A stretch of DNA of 64,000 nt from Nymphaea colorata (Eukaryota): assembly GCF_008831285.2 (NCBI RefSeq), contig NC_045138.2, positions 38,378,001 to 38,442,000 of the forward strand, in the 5' to 3' direction. This document shows positions 10,429 through 23,396 of this stretch, in pieces. A model generated the notes under the pieces. That model did no database searches. It saw only the letters and a program-made list of their open reading frames with translations, and had not been told where the DNA came from. The stretch's first letter is position 1, and each line of letters starts with the position of its first letter. The translations under genes and the position numbers were made by a program.

Positions 10429-13400
10429 TCATACTACACAGACCTTTGATGACGGGTCACATCCTGCATAAACCTCCAACCCTGGCTGGTCAAGCTCATC
10501 TTCCTTGAAGCATGCACACCTCTGACTTATTTTTCCTGTTAAGGCAATATCTCCAGGCCTTTGAACTAATCTTGGATAGCCATCATCACACCAAACCTGA
10601 ACAAAAGACATCCACAACACAAACAAGTTCAAAGGTATACTTTGCAATATCGCCTCCACAAGGAGAATGTGAAATACTAGTGTCAGGTTTAACGGATTTG
10701 CACACCAAATCTTGGTAAACCACAGGAAAGGACATGACAAAACCACCCAGTACCAGCTGGCAAGATGATTGATGAGCTTGGGCTTTTAAGGACTGCTTTG
10801 TAACCAGTCGTGCTTCTACTTGAAAGGATAAAAGCGAGCCTTGGTTTGAAATAAATTCTTTAAGAGAAAAATGGCACAGATGGATTCCCGACTGTATCAT
10901 CATTTTCAATATACCAGAAACAGACTACAGAAAAAGTGGCCTTTGATGTGAAGAAAGAAGTGCAGATGGAGTTACTTGGTCCAGTGATTAACACAAAACC
11001 ACATGCCCCTCCCCCTCAGATCAAGTTATTAATTGCAACACGTGTTGTGTGTGTGTGGGGAGGGGGGAGAGAGAGAGAGAGAGAGAGAGATGACCTGCCC
11101 TCCATCTTCCTGGCTCCATCTAGAATTGCAATTTGGTCTCTTAGCTTCTTCAATCTTCTGTTTTTCTAAAAGTTGGGCACCTCTAGCAGCCTTCGCTTCA
11201 ACTCCTTTTAGCAGTTGGGTTGGGGTTCCCTGATTGTTGTAGTATCGGCCAATAAGTTTACCTACATATCTATTAGAACAATGAATTTGACCATGGGCTC
11301 TCTTAGCCTTTAGCTGAAAAAACTTGCCATACTTGGTAAACCTCATGTCATGCTTGGTACAAATAAAAGAACACAGCCAATGCATGCCAAGAAATACTGT
11401 ACACAGAATACTGCAGCAGATGCATTTTCCTAGCATAAACATAATTGCACACCCTAACACAGGGAAAACACATAATAAAATGGTCAAAGATTGTGAATCA
11501 AATCTACCGGTCAAACTATTTGCCAGAAAAACCCTACCGATGTACTAAACCTCTAGATAGAGATTCCAACTTATTGATCAATGGCCTAATTTATATTTTA
11601 TAGTCAGGTTATTTTGTTGATAAAGAAAACAAATTTGAAACTTTCTGGAATAGAAGGTTGACACATAGTGCAAGCATTACATGTATGAAGTTTGTTTTTC
11701 TACCTTCAGGTTCCAATACCACTAAGTCCCACAATGCATGCATTGACCACAATATGGGTGGGTGGCAATACACTAATAACAAAGACAACATACAAAGGCA
11801 CGTGTACAAAGTTCTATAACTAATTTATACTAGAATATGAAAAGAAAAGTGCCACTAAACCAGTAAATTAACAACTTTAGATCAGCAAATTGAAAAAAGA
11901 ATCTAACAAATAAGTCAATTCAGTCTCCACTTTTCATCATTGACCCCAAGGAGGTCTATACAGGAGCTGAACCAGATTTACCCACAGTAAACTAACAGTT
12001 TTCCACTTCGGTATTCTAAATAAATTAATATTGTTATATTACTTCACATAATCTGATGATTCATATCAACAGCATGCATTTCTATTTATTGCATGTCCAG
12101 ATAACACGTTTCAGCAACTTTTCTTTGCCTTCAAAGAAGGGCTGTTTTCCAGTCCAAAATACTTAAGAGTCTATGTGAGTGCATTCTACAGTTCACACAA
12201 AAAAACTAAACCACAAAAAGACAAGTTGACTACAAAATATACAATAAGTCACCAATTCCTAAGAGGAATTCTAATAGGTATTTGAACCTCAACCTGTAAA
12301 GGCACTCACTTGTATCTTTTGAAGTAAAAATCTCGCCAATCAACTACACTTTTGATCTACAAGGGAAACAGAGATGAATAGAGCTTGTCAGTAAAGATGA
12401 AACAGAAAATAAGGAAGCCAACTAGGCTTTGTAATCTCAACCATCAGAATGGTTACTAAATCAACCATAAAGCGACGCAATCAGTTTGACAAGAACTGAC
12501 TGCATTAATTTGATAATAAATAAGATGGACAAAAACATGTAGGGCCCTAGGTGGTGGCCCTCCAAAAAGCCTATGCAGCATTTAGGTGGGCCAAAAACAG
12601 TACGTGAAAGGAAAAAAACAAGGAAGAAGAGGGAGAAGGAGAAGAAAAGCAATAAGAAAAAGGGAGAAGGAGAAGAAAAGCAATAAGAAAAAGGGAAAAA
12701 GCAGAAGAAAAACAATGAAAGAGGTGAGTATAAGAAAATAGGAGAGGAAAATGTAGAATTTTTTAAAAAAAAAAAACTTAGGCACCTAGGTGGCCCAGCC
12801 TAGTCGACAAGGTGGACAGCTAGGCACACTTTTGACTACTAAAAGGAAGAGCCGAGAATTACCTCCGAGATAGACAAACCACGCAAAGAGTCTGTTAAAC
12901 CATCATCTAAGTTGCAAAACAGTTACCAAGATGCAGTATAAGAGCCAGATTTACATGTAATAAGGAAACAAGATAAAAATTAACCAAGAAAAATTGAAGC
13001 CTAAAATATTACATCAACAAGAAGACAAGAACGAGAAAATCTTTTAGTGCAACAGTAAGGTATTCATCTTGTATGTTACATGACATGAGCAGAAGACTAA
13101 TTTTGACTTATTAACTGTTTGGGCCTTTTATCCTTAGTTTACAATTATAGAAAAGGCAATTACTAGCATGTATGAGCATACACACTACACAGGGTGCATG
13201 CATTTAAAAATGAATCCGTAAGAAGGAGCCTAAGGTGCTTAATGAGTATGCTTATGATAGTTAGGAGCAAATGGAAAAATTTAAAAATTTTCTTTGCAAT
13301 AATAGTTTTTGCTTTCAAAGTCAATTGTGATTTTGTCTTTCTATGCATTTATTCTTGATCTACTTATTGTAGACAGTTAGATACTTCCTACGCACTTATC

Positions 13401-15725
13401 CTAGTTCCTTATTTATTTCACAGTCCAGTATTTTGAAAATCTTGGTTTTTCTGCATAATTTTTCTAATTTTAAATTTATTCTTCAATGTTTAAGCACATC
13501 CTACATGAGTTCTAGTATGATAAACTCATTTTATTAGATGTCTTTCTAAAAAATGCACAAAAAAATAACTTTAGCTTCTGATATAGTTATTGAGTGCTAT
13601 ATAGAGGTAGAGACATAGTTCTCAAGGCATTTTCAAATGAACAATATTTTCCTTATAATCACAACTTTGTGCACTTATAATGAGATTCTGGATCCCTTCA
13701 GGTGGAAAACTGATTCCTTGGGAACTCCAATCATAGAAGTGTGACAACCACCTGTACTCTTTTTAGTTGAAAATCAAAGACTTAAACATGTAATTTTCGA
13801 AAAGGTCAAAAAAGTTCACTAGAAACAGTTCAATGCACGGATATGTTGAAAATTTTGAACCAATTTCCATCTCGCTTGCTTGCCTCTAGTTCCTACACCA
13901 TTTCTTGCTTACACTCATAATATAACAACCATGATTTACCATTTTGACACAGGAACCTCAGATATTGACTATATAATCGTTATTAAGTCCATCCCAATGA
14001 CAAATTTATGCACAATTTTTTTGTCCATTATATCAGCATTTGGTATAGATCTTATATTAACATCTTTTATAAGACAATTAAGAGGATAGAAGGTATGATT
14101 TGGACAAATATGAGATTAATTGGACTTGTGCCATCTATTCTCATTCAGTTCAGCAAATAAAAGGTCTAGCTTATCATGAAGCTTCAATCTTAAAAATAAG
14201 GTTAGCAAGTCAATAACTCTATATTTGTTCTTGCATTTTAAGACATGCATCATCCAAGGCCATTAAACATGCTCAATGATTGCAAATTTAGTACACAAAG
14301 ACGACATATGTAGGGTACAAGACAATAGCAAGAATAGGTACATTGTTTTTATTTTTGAACAAAGCATAAGGTTCTAAGAGCAGGATGCATAAGTTTTACC
14401 TGTAAAATTTCCAGAAACAAAGGCACGCGACGCATCTCTGTAGGGGAAAAAGGTTTCATAAGAACTTGAAACTTTAAGAAGTAAATTAAGAATCAGCCAA
14501 CAGAGAAAACTTTTGCCCGTGTAGGCAACAAAGCGAATATGAATCCTTGAAACCAACGTCCAATACTCCGCATCTATAACAGAATTTTTTATACTCACTC
14601 ATATAGGCATTAAAACATCAATCTGCATGAAATATGTCAAACTAAGTGCCATCTGAGCTTGTATTTGAGGTTAACCTGCCTGCAAAGTGATGGTAACCTC
14701 CACCTACGCCATAATGAGTTCTACCTTCAGTTACGTCAAACACAGAGCTGTAATAAAAATCTCAAAATCAATCAAACCAACGAAGCCAAAAGAACCAGCT
14801 TAATAATATCAAATTCTACAATCCAAGTTGATCTTCAAAGAAACACAGAACAGTACCCAAGGATTCCTAGAAGAATTGGCAACTTATCATCTGCCCCATT
14901 GTATCTAGCCAGCTCTTCTACAGTCCACAGCTTCTGGAAACATGTATTTGAAAAGTGAAACTCAAACAATTGGTTCAAGCAATTTAGAAAATTAAGAATT
15001 AAGATCAACACAAACGCCAAATGTCTACCATTACCACGAGAAAGAAGTAGCACGAACAACTCACAAAATCTGTGTTTTCCTTAAAAAACCGTCTTACCTA
15101 CCACCATGGGAATGGAAATCAAACTGGAGGGTTTTCCGCTCACGAAAAGGAGCACTCCCCTGCCCGGATAGACCGTTCGTTTCAGGCCACTTTCACAGGA
15201 AAATGCAAGTCGGGCACTGCCTTTCCCATGACGGATGACACAAGAAGCAAAAGGAGGGCCTCCTTTTCCTCGGCAACTCATTCTCCTCCATTTAATATTA
15301 TACAAATCACTGTTCCGCAAAATTCTTTAGATTCACAAAGATTACTGCCTCGGGTCACTTAGATTCTACAGCACACTTATTCAATTAACAGTCAACTATA
15401 TCTAACCATTCTCTACAGAACCACCAGCCGGACACATGCTGGAGCCCTCCTTCCCCAATCGACAGGCAGTAAAGAAGTAAACAGCAGAGCTCTTACTAAA
15501 GAGTCAAATCCCTTCGACGGACCAAATTTTTTGCGAAGGAAAAAAAAAATGCCGAACATCTACTGAGAAACTTATATTCATCCACGAAAAAATGGCAAAA
15601 GATAGGAATGGACTAACCACTCGTCCGAACGGGTTCAGCGACGACCGGAGGAGAAGAACGGCGAGGAGAGCCACCGGGATCGAAGAAACAACCAGGAAGC
15701 GAGGAATCGACGGCTTGAACAACAT
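10429..15725 (-). CDS. MAPR4: Membrane-associated progesterone-binding protein 4-like (cytochrome b5-like heme/steroid-binding, neuferricin/CYB5D2 type), 8 exons, ~242 aa
   Basis: Exons: 15725-15618, 14933-14857, 14747-14676, 14437-14400, 12906-12863, 12356-12310, 11269-11095, 10596-10429 (729 nt, all GT-AG). Hydrophobic N-terminal anchor, then KLWTVEELARYNG..PILLGILGSVFDVTEGRTHYGVGGGYHHFAGRDASRAFVSGNFT, YVGKLIGRYY and a Cys-rich C-terminus (CNSRWSQ..GGQVWC..GYPR..RCAC). The exon 1 donor could be 3 nt earlier. Confidence 0.92.
12480..12840. mobile_element. Probable small non-autonomous DNA element (MITE-like) in MAPR4 intron 5
   Basis: Clustered 'cctaggtgg/ctaggc' motifs at both ends flank a purine-rich core with a duplicated 'agggagaaggagaagaaaagcaataagaaaa'. 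Termini and TSD not resolved. Confidence 0.35.
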
Positions 15726-16004
15726 TGCCTGAGGGATCGTAGGGCCTGCCCCCCGGAGACTGCGATGATGAAGGAAGAAGAGAGAGAAGCTTGAGATGAA
15801 GGAAGTAGTCCCTCAACAAAGAGAAAGAGCGGTTCTGCAGCCGTGTGCTTCAGTTTCTGTACTGGATCGGATCACGTACTTGGCGCTCCAACCGTGATTG
15901 GAAATGAACCGGGATTTTCTTTTCTTGGATCTTTTGTTCTATTGTGGAAGATTGGAGGTTTTACTGCTTAGATTGTTTTACATGTTCGCTTGTTTTTAGA
16001 CCGT

Positions 16005-16300
16005 AATTTTGGATTTGAATGAGGGTTCAGATCCAATTTTGATGCACCAGGGTTCTCTTTTGGATTTTGGATTTTCTGATGTCTTGGGAAAGAGGAGTAT
16101 TCAAATGCTTAAAATTGAACAGAATATTTGCTTTCTGGATTGCACTTTTAGATTTCAAACGAAGTCCAATTCTGATTTTGATATGTGGTGCAATTGGCGT
16201 TTCTTGATGCGAGGATTTTATGTTTAAACCAATCCACAATATTAGCTTTATGGATTGCAATTTTAGATTTGAATGAAATATCTAGATCCAATTTTTTTAT
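16005..16300. repeat. Degenerate ~115-120 bp tandem repeat upstream of MAPR4
   Basis: 'ggattgca(c/a)ttttagattt' occurs at ~16137 and ~16252. 'gatttgaatga....agatccaatttt' occurs at ~16012 and ~16266. Confidence 0.5.
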
Positions 16301-16643
16301 GTAGCAGAATTTTACATTTTGTATATATGTAAGAAAACATAGCAGTTTGCATGCAATCATAGCATAATGTGAGGGATCGCATCATAGATCTTAAGATCTG
16401 CAATAAGATATTCGTATCAAAAAATTAATCCAAATCCACTATCATGAATTTCTTTCCTATATATGTAGAAGGCAGGCACAAAACCCATTCATTCTAAATA
16501 TCGTGTCAATGTAGGTTTTTTTAATTACCAAATAAAAAACTTATAAATCTGAATTCAAGACTTGTAATCAATTTATGCAAACCTTTCTCCAAGCATATCA
16601 ATCACTCATTGAGGTCGGAGGTGTTGAGTATCCATGATTTTAA

Positions 16644-16740
16644 GGGGTGTTTGATTGCCCAAACATAAAATCCTTAGGATTTGAGATTCGTGGACTTAAG
16701 ATCATACTCTTCCACATCTGTTCTTAAATCAGACATCTTT
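16644..16740. mobile_element. Tourist/PIF-Harbinger-like MITE remnant; related inverted copy at ~21218-21315
   Basis: Starts ggggtgtttgatt and ends aaatcagacatctt (imperfect TIR) in TAA/TTA context. The reverse complement of 21218-21315 shares 'tttgattg', 'taggatttga' and 'ttccac.tctg.tcttaaatca.acat'. Confidence 0.45.
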
Positions 16741-16864
16741 TTAGAGCAAACCATTCACACATTTGAAACGCGAAATGTGTGTCACGTTCTAATCCTAAGT
16801 GGCCTTGGATTTAGTCTACCATGTTTGATCTTCTTATTGGATTCGACAGACAACAAACTCAGAT

Positions 16865-17300
16865 TTCACTTGGGCCCAATCCGGCCCGACCCAAGTATGG
16901 GTCAACCCAGCCCTGGCCCGACCCAGTCCAATTTTAATAAAAGAAAATTAAAATATTTATTTGTTGTATATAAATATAAGACAAAGTGTATTAAAATATA
17001 CTAAAATATTAATGGTAATATGTTTTACCGAACCAAGTTGGGTCCAGACCAATGCAGGCCCAGGATCACGCTTAGCCTGGCCCAATGTCGGCCCAGGCTC
17101 AAGCCTAGTCAGATTTATTGTCAGGCTCATCCATGCCCAATGTCGGCCCGGGCCAGTTCCTGTCTCCACCCAATGTCGGCCGGCCAAGGCCCGATCCCGG
17201 CCCCACCCAATGTTACCCCAAGCCCATACCCTATCTGATTCATTGTTGGGCCCGAGCCATTCTGAACCCATTTTTACCGACTGGGCTCCAGCTGGGTGCC
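16865..17300. mobile_element. GC-rich MITE-like element with many GGCCC/CCCAA subterminal motifs
   Basis: Dense 'ggcccaa, ggcccga, cccaatgtcggccc' repeats flank an AT-rich core (16930-17020). This layout is typical of non-autonomous hAT-like elements. The several ORFs called here are artefacts of the repeat. Confidence 0.5.
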
Positions 17301-20300
17301 CAACCTTATTTTTTCATTTAAAAGATTTCCCCAGTGAAGGAATTGGAATGGGTTTGCATGGTTAAACAGAAACTTATATCTGCTTTTCTTGCATGTGAAA
17401 ACAAATTCCATCCAAACAGGTCACTGAAAGTCCTAGACCCAGGAATTTGGGAACGCCTTTTAGTCCAATGGCCATCCAGACATGCCTCAAACACCCCAAA
17501 ACGACTTGTGGGGATACCTTTGCCATGCGCTTTGCATGCTTCATCTTGTTTAGCATATTATGCAGCCAACAAATATATGTCTCCGATTTTTTGCAGTTAA
17601 ACATGCCAACTACCACCGAGGGTCCGAAATCGTGTTTGAATGTAACAGATTCTTTAAATATGTAGAAATCTCTTATCTATAATCATATAATCACGAGTGT
17701 GAAGCTGTGTGGGCAACTGCTCACATGGCCAGCATGGGCCCCAGCACCCCCCGTAATTTTTTAATTTACATTTAAATTAAAAAAATATTTATCCTATATA
17801 AAAAAAATTGAAAAGCTATATTTTGACTGCTGTCAAAATTTTGAAACTATAATTTAGCTCCCTTCATGAAAAAAATGTAAACTAACGGCGTGTTTGAATG
17901 TAAACTAACTTTGAACGTAATTGAAAGAACTGATCTAAGATTTGAGCTCGATGTACCCTAACTTGGCTACTTTAATTTCTCTTTCATGTGATGAGATCGA
18001 CATTAATATGGCAGTTAGCCCCTTATTTTCAACATGATATTGATATCATGTAAAGTAAAGTTCTGACAATGACATAAACTTTATCATAAATTGGTCAAAG
18101 TTTATATCACGCATTTGGTTGACAAAGTTACCTCTTGGGTAAGATTTCTTATATTCTTTCAAATCACCGACCTCATGAAAATCAAAGAGATAATAGATTT
18201 AGTGGCTCTCTTGCACTAAAGTTGGGAAGAGGATAATACGCGACTAAAGTAGCGTTCATATGACATGCTTTTAAAAAAAGGGTTTTGTGAAAGCAGTTTT
18301 TTTTTTTAAAAAAAAAGGTTTTTAATCAGTTTTAAAACCCAGGTCTATATGTTCGGATAATATGACCAAAACATTTTTTCTAAAAATGACATGGGAGTGC
18401 TAAATTAATCACTCCCTTTTCAAAAGCAAAACCCATATTTTATACCATCCAAATGCGTCTCAAATGTTTTAAAAGTAAAGCCATTTTTTACTTTAAAAAT
18501 TAGTTTATGGGTGTCATCCAAACGCTAAGATAAATGAAAACGGTGGTTCATATTAATTTAATAACTGGTACCAAAATTAATCAAAAGTTGATTTCCTTAT
18601 TCTTGTTTCGTGCTTTTTATTCTAGAGCTTCTCTAGGTATTCTTATTATCTGGCACAGCATCCGGTTACAAACCAGATGGTGGTCAAGAAAATTGTTGGA
18701 ATTCTTAAAAAAAAAAAGTAAATATTTAAATATAAAGGGGAAGAAAAAGATGGTGGTCGAGACAATAGTTGATTTTTTTTAAAAAAATATATATATTTTT
18801 CAGTTAAAATGTAATTATACAATGAGAAAAGAAAGCGTGATATGGCTCCATATTTATTGGCCGACACGCCTAGAAGAATGCAATTTCATGCGACACCGAC
18901 GACACCGACGGCATTGGTTGAAGGAAACGGGAAAGAAAATAGGAAGAACGGTTTCTTGGAAGTTAATGTCGCAAACGTTGATACCCGAGTCGGTTTATTC
19001 TTTTTATAACGTTGACTCAGTCAGGCTGTATCGGCTGATGCATTTTGACCCGATTCATTGTTCTTTTCAAATCTTATTACTGTTTAATTAAAAAGAAGGC
19101 TCATGTGGATCACATCGATTATGTAGCCAATTTTAGGGACACAAAGTTGCTTAATTACATTTTATGATTTGATTTACTTTTTGTTTAGCAGAAATATTAT
19201 ATGAGTGTTTTATGAATCTACTTTAAAAATTGAGTAGAATCATGAAATAAAAAAACAAATGAATCTGTATCGAGGTATTAACGGTGATTCTCAAACATCC
19301 AAATCAAACATGTACTCACCAATCCAATAAATATAATAAGTACACCAACCACCACACTTAAATTTGTTAGTTTTTTTTTGCTTTTCATAGATGGCAGTTC
19401 AGAGTTCAGAATAAGAGTTCTCTACGAAACCCCATGTTTGGAACAGATTTAGGTGCCTCGTTTCCATAGAAAATCTTTCAGGCCTCACGATATTTCTCGG
19501 TGCCCTTACTGAAATTTGTGAAATGTGCAGCTTTGAAAATAAATTCTATCCAAACACATCACTGAAATTCCTACCCTTGCAAACAAGAAGCATGAGATCA
19601 GCACCGGCACCGGCACCGGCACCCCGCATTATGGTGACATAGATGGGAACATGTTCATTTTATGCTACAACGGCTTTTAGGGCACCTTTGTCATGCCTAG
19701 TGCATGCTTCATAAAATTAGCATATCGTCGTCCAACCCAATAATGTGTATCTCCTATCAAGTAGGAATTTTGGTAGTTTGAAAAAAAAAAAACAATCATG
19801 TTGGTGACACCATTTTATTTTTGCAATGCATACTCTTTAAAGTGTGTTTGAACGACCTATCGAGCCAAGCCAAACATCCAGTGGCGGATGTCTTAAGTCC
19901 ATCATCTTCAAAATCCGGCAACCTTGCTATTGTCGCTAGAATAGAAACTCATATATCGTGTTTGAATGTACAAGAACTCCAACCTAATACTTTGGGGCAA
20001 AGGTAAGGCATAGCAGGTCATATTGTTAGAGCCCCTAATAGTAGAGGACCATGTGTTATATGCCGAAAATGACCAAACCCCTCCTCCTAGTAGTGAAACA
20101 TATAAAATATTTATCTTATAAAATTACCAAAATGCCCCTTCAGTAAAAGGTGGAAACTTGTCTTCTTATGCTAATGACATAAGATAAAGACTGCCTTCAA
20201 GATATATGGTCTTAAATCCACAATTCTCGAAATATTAGAGAACCCATAGATGGCGATGGTCATCGGCTGACTGGAAAGAACAAAACCTACTCAACCTTCT

Positions 20301-21097
20301 TTCTCCAATTAGTCTTATAAAAACAAAGCTAGTGAGCAATGAAATTTATTATATGGAACATAGAACAAGCTTGATATAGACTTCACGCGTTTGGAGAAAT
20401 TAGATAATGCTTGCAGTTTTGCTTCGTTGACGTACCCGTATAAAAGATAATGCAAAACGACAATCAACTTTTTGCATGTCCATAATGGGAAGCGTAAAAG
20501 TACTTCAAAACAAAATATTGGAACTCTATCTTTATATTTTGAAGCATGTATCTATTATACCACAAACACCATATCCATTTGCTTGAAAATTAAACTCGGA
20601 CAATCAGTCCATCACTTTCAGACAATGAGCGTCAGTTCCTTTTCAACATCCTATCGACGTCATGTAGAATAAAGACTTGTCGAGGACATAAATTTATCAT
20701 GAGTCGGTCAAATTTTAAATCACACTTTCATTTGACTCTTGTGTATCGTTTCTTTCTTCATTTCTACCAAGACAAGTGCAGATCAAATATATAATAAATT
20801 TCGTATATCTGTTGCACTAAAGTTGGGGAATAATTTGATGTCATGGACTTACTACAGTCATAATCCACTAGATCTAAGTTCATTTCATTTCATACTGAGT
20901 CAATTAGGAGTTACGTTGATATGGTTATCATTATATTTAGAAAGAATGCCATTCAAACGCATGCAAGAAAATGCAATATTAATTCATGTATTATTTCGTT
21001 CTCATTTATATCTACAAGTTTTTTTTGTTTTGTTTGTAATTGGTATCAAAATTAACTTTTCCGATTTCTATTTTATTGGCTTGAAAACTAGGATCCT

Positions 21098-21154
21098 CTC
21101 TCCCCCCCCTCTTTCTCTCTCATATATATATATATATATTTGATTTAAGATAAG

Positions 21155-21211
<57 letters not shown>
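21098..21211. repeat. Compound (CT)n/(AT)n microsatellites, duplicated
   Basis: Two 'ctctctctca(ta)n' blocks. Confidence 0.9.
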
Positions 21212-21214
<3 letters not shown>

Positions 21215-22859
21215 GAAAATGTTTGATTTAAGATCAGAGTGGAAAGGTCTAATTTTAAATTCATGGGGATTCAAATCACGAGGACCTCAAATCCTAGACA
21301 ATCAAATGCGTCCTTGAACGGTGAATTAAGAATATTTCTTCCCCTTCTCTACTCACTTTTTTAATTATAAATGATTAAGAAGAATATGACTTCGAGAACC
21401 AAGTTCGTGAAACTTTTCATAAACAATACTTATTTTGACCAAGATCAAGACAAAAGGCATATATACCACGGGCAATAGATCAATAAAAAAACACAAACAA
21501 TTGTTTAATATTTAAAGACAGTGGCTCCAATTAGAGTCAGGTAGTAAACGACGTGTTATCCGAAAAGGGTCTTCCGTCGTCAGAATTGAAAATAAGTATA
21601 TGTTTTTCAAAGCTTACTTAGGCATATGCTTGCGTCTTCATGTCCGTAAATTTTTTTACTGTATTTAAGAGTTTCAAGTCAAATTGGATGAAGGAATCTC
21701 ACCGATAATGTAATATCCGAAAAAAATTTATTAAATATTTCAAGTATTTATTACTTAAATTTTTAAAATAAAAAATACCCTGATATGGCCCCATGTTCAT
21801 TGGCCGATACGCTTATCGGTCTGGAAACCGATACGGTAATAACGTTTATTTAAGTAATTAATTTCCAAAGCATGGAATTTGTAGGAACAAAAAATTCCTG
21901 CGCCAAATTTCGGATAAAATAAAAGCAGTTTCAAGGCAGTCAGTGTGGTAGACATTGATACTCGAGCCGGTTCATTTTTCTAAGCACTGTCCCAGTCAGG
22001 CTGTATCGGCTAATGCATTCCGACTTGAATTGTCTTATCTGCGCGATAAAAATTTGAAAGCATATGCTTTGTTAATTATTTAATTTAAATGAAGGGCCCT
22101 TGGGAACCGATCCGGTAATAACTTTTATATAGAAATCAATTTTTGTTCTTTCATGTTTGAGCGAAATCAAACAACTTTCCAGAGCTCTCCTTTTCGTAAA
22201 GAGGATGTCGGGTATCAAATTCGTATAAAAGATGATCGTCATCGTATATAAAACAAAATTTATCTAACAATTATTTATAGTTGAGTTGCTCGATTTGTAG
22301 GGGCCACTTATAATTTTCGAGACAGTAATAAATTTCTACTCTTGTTAAAGACCCCTTTTAATACTCAAGAAAACTTAGATGTCATACTTTTATACCATCA
22401 AGGTTCTATTTCGTTTTGAAACTTGGCTAGACATATAATATATATTTCAATTCAATTATCATGTTTAACATTATTTGCAGTCTCTAAAAGTAACATACTG
22501 AACTTATATTTTGTTGACGTGACAACGACCACATAGTTTTTGGCTGAGTTCAAATGAGTATTGTGAAAATAATGAAATCTAATGATATTTTGTTAATCTG
22601 ATTATTGGCACCACTTAGCAGCCTTGATAAGTCACTAATTCGATTCCTGTAAAAGTCAAGTCACAAAAATTCGATTTCTGTAAAAGTCAAAACATAATAC
22701 CTTAGGCGACCAAAGCTCCCGACCTCATGGTAAAAAAAAAAAAAAAAAAAGTGGGGTCGTATAAAGGGCGTTTAACTGAGGCAAAATAATTTACCATTGC
22801 AGTTAAAAAAAAAAAAAACTACCTTAATTCACGTTATAAGTTTGTTACCGTGGTCCATA

Positions 22860-22995
22860 GGGGCGCGTGATCAACGGCCGAGATGATTGCGACTGGACGG
22901 CCGAGTTTGATTGTGACCGGACGGCCACGATCGCGAATCACCGGGCGGCACGTGATCCGCCGAATCACGTCCGCCCCTTATCGTGGCCGGTCCGA
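22860..22995 (+). promoter_or_regulatory. GC-rich proximal promoter region of CTP synthase with repeated GAT-N-ACGGCC-N-GAT motifs and a G-box
   Basis: gatcaacggccgagat (~22869), gattgcgactggacggccgag (~22885), gattgtgaccggacggccacgat (~22909) and CACGTG (~22949) lie 400-530 bp upstream of the ATG, ahead of a pyrimidine-rich leader. Confidence 0.45.
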
Positions 22996-23396
22996 CGGAA
23001 CGGACGGTGAGGGTGGAGAGACGGCGCCGCTCTCAGTCGTTAGCTACGAGAAAGACAAGAAAGGGCTCAATGAATCCCGTGAATTCCCTGCCTCTCCTCG
23101 CGGGATCCGTATTCCGGTTTCTCTATTTATCCGTCCCTTGATTTTATCGCTCGTACTCCCCCGTGTTCCCTCCCGCCCGCACTCCTCTTTCTCTCCCTCT
23201 TTTCTTGCTTCTTGGTTTGGAGGGAGAGGGAGGAGGTGAGATCTCTTTCTGGTCTGCAAATCCCCATTTTCTGGTAGTTTTCTTGCTTCGTATCCGCGCA
23301 TTCTTTCAGTTGTTCCTTCTAGATTGGGCTGCTCACGACGATTAGTGTTTCATTTGTTTCTTCTTGGTGGATAAGTGAGTGCCGCCGCCGGGGAAG

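Noticed and set aside
16957..17365. Four overlapping Pro/Gly-rich ORFs
   Set aside because: They arise from GGCCC-rich MITE-like repeats that lack stop codons.
22883..23345. ORFs of 60-118 aa upstream of CTPS
   Set aside because: GC-rich promoter/5' UTR sequence with no protein motif.
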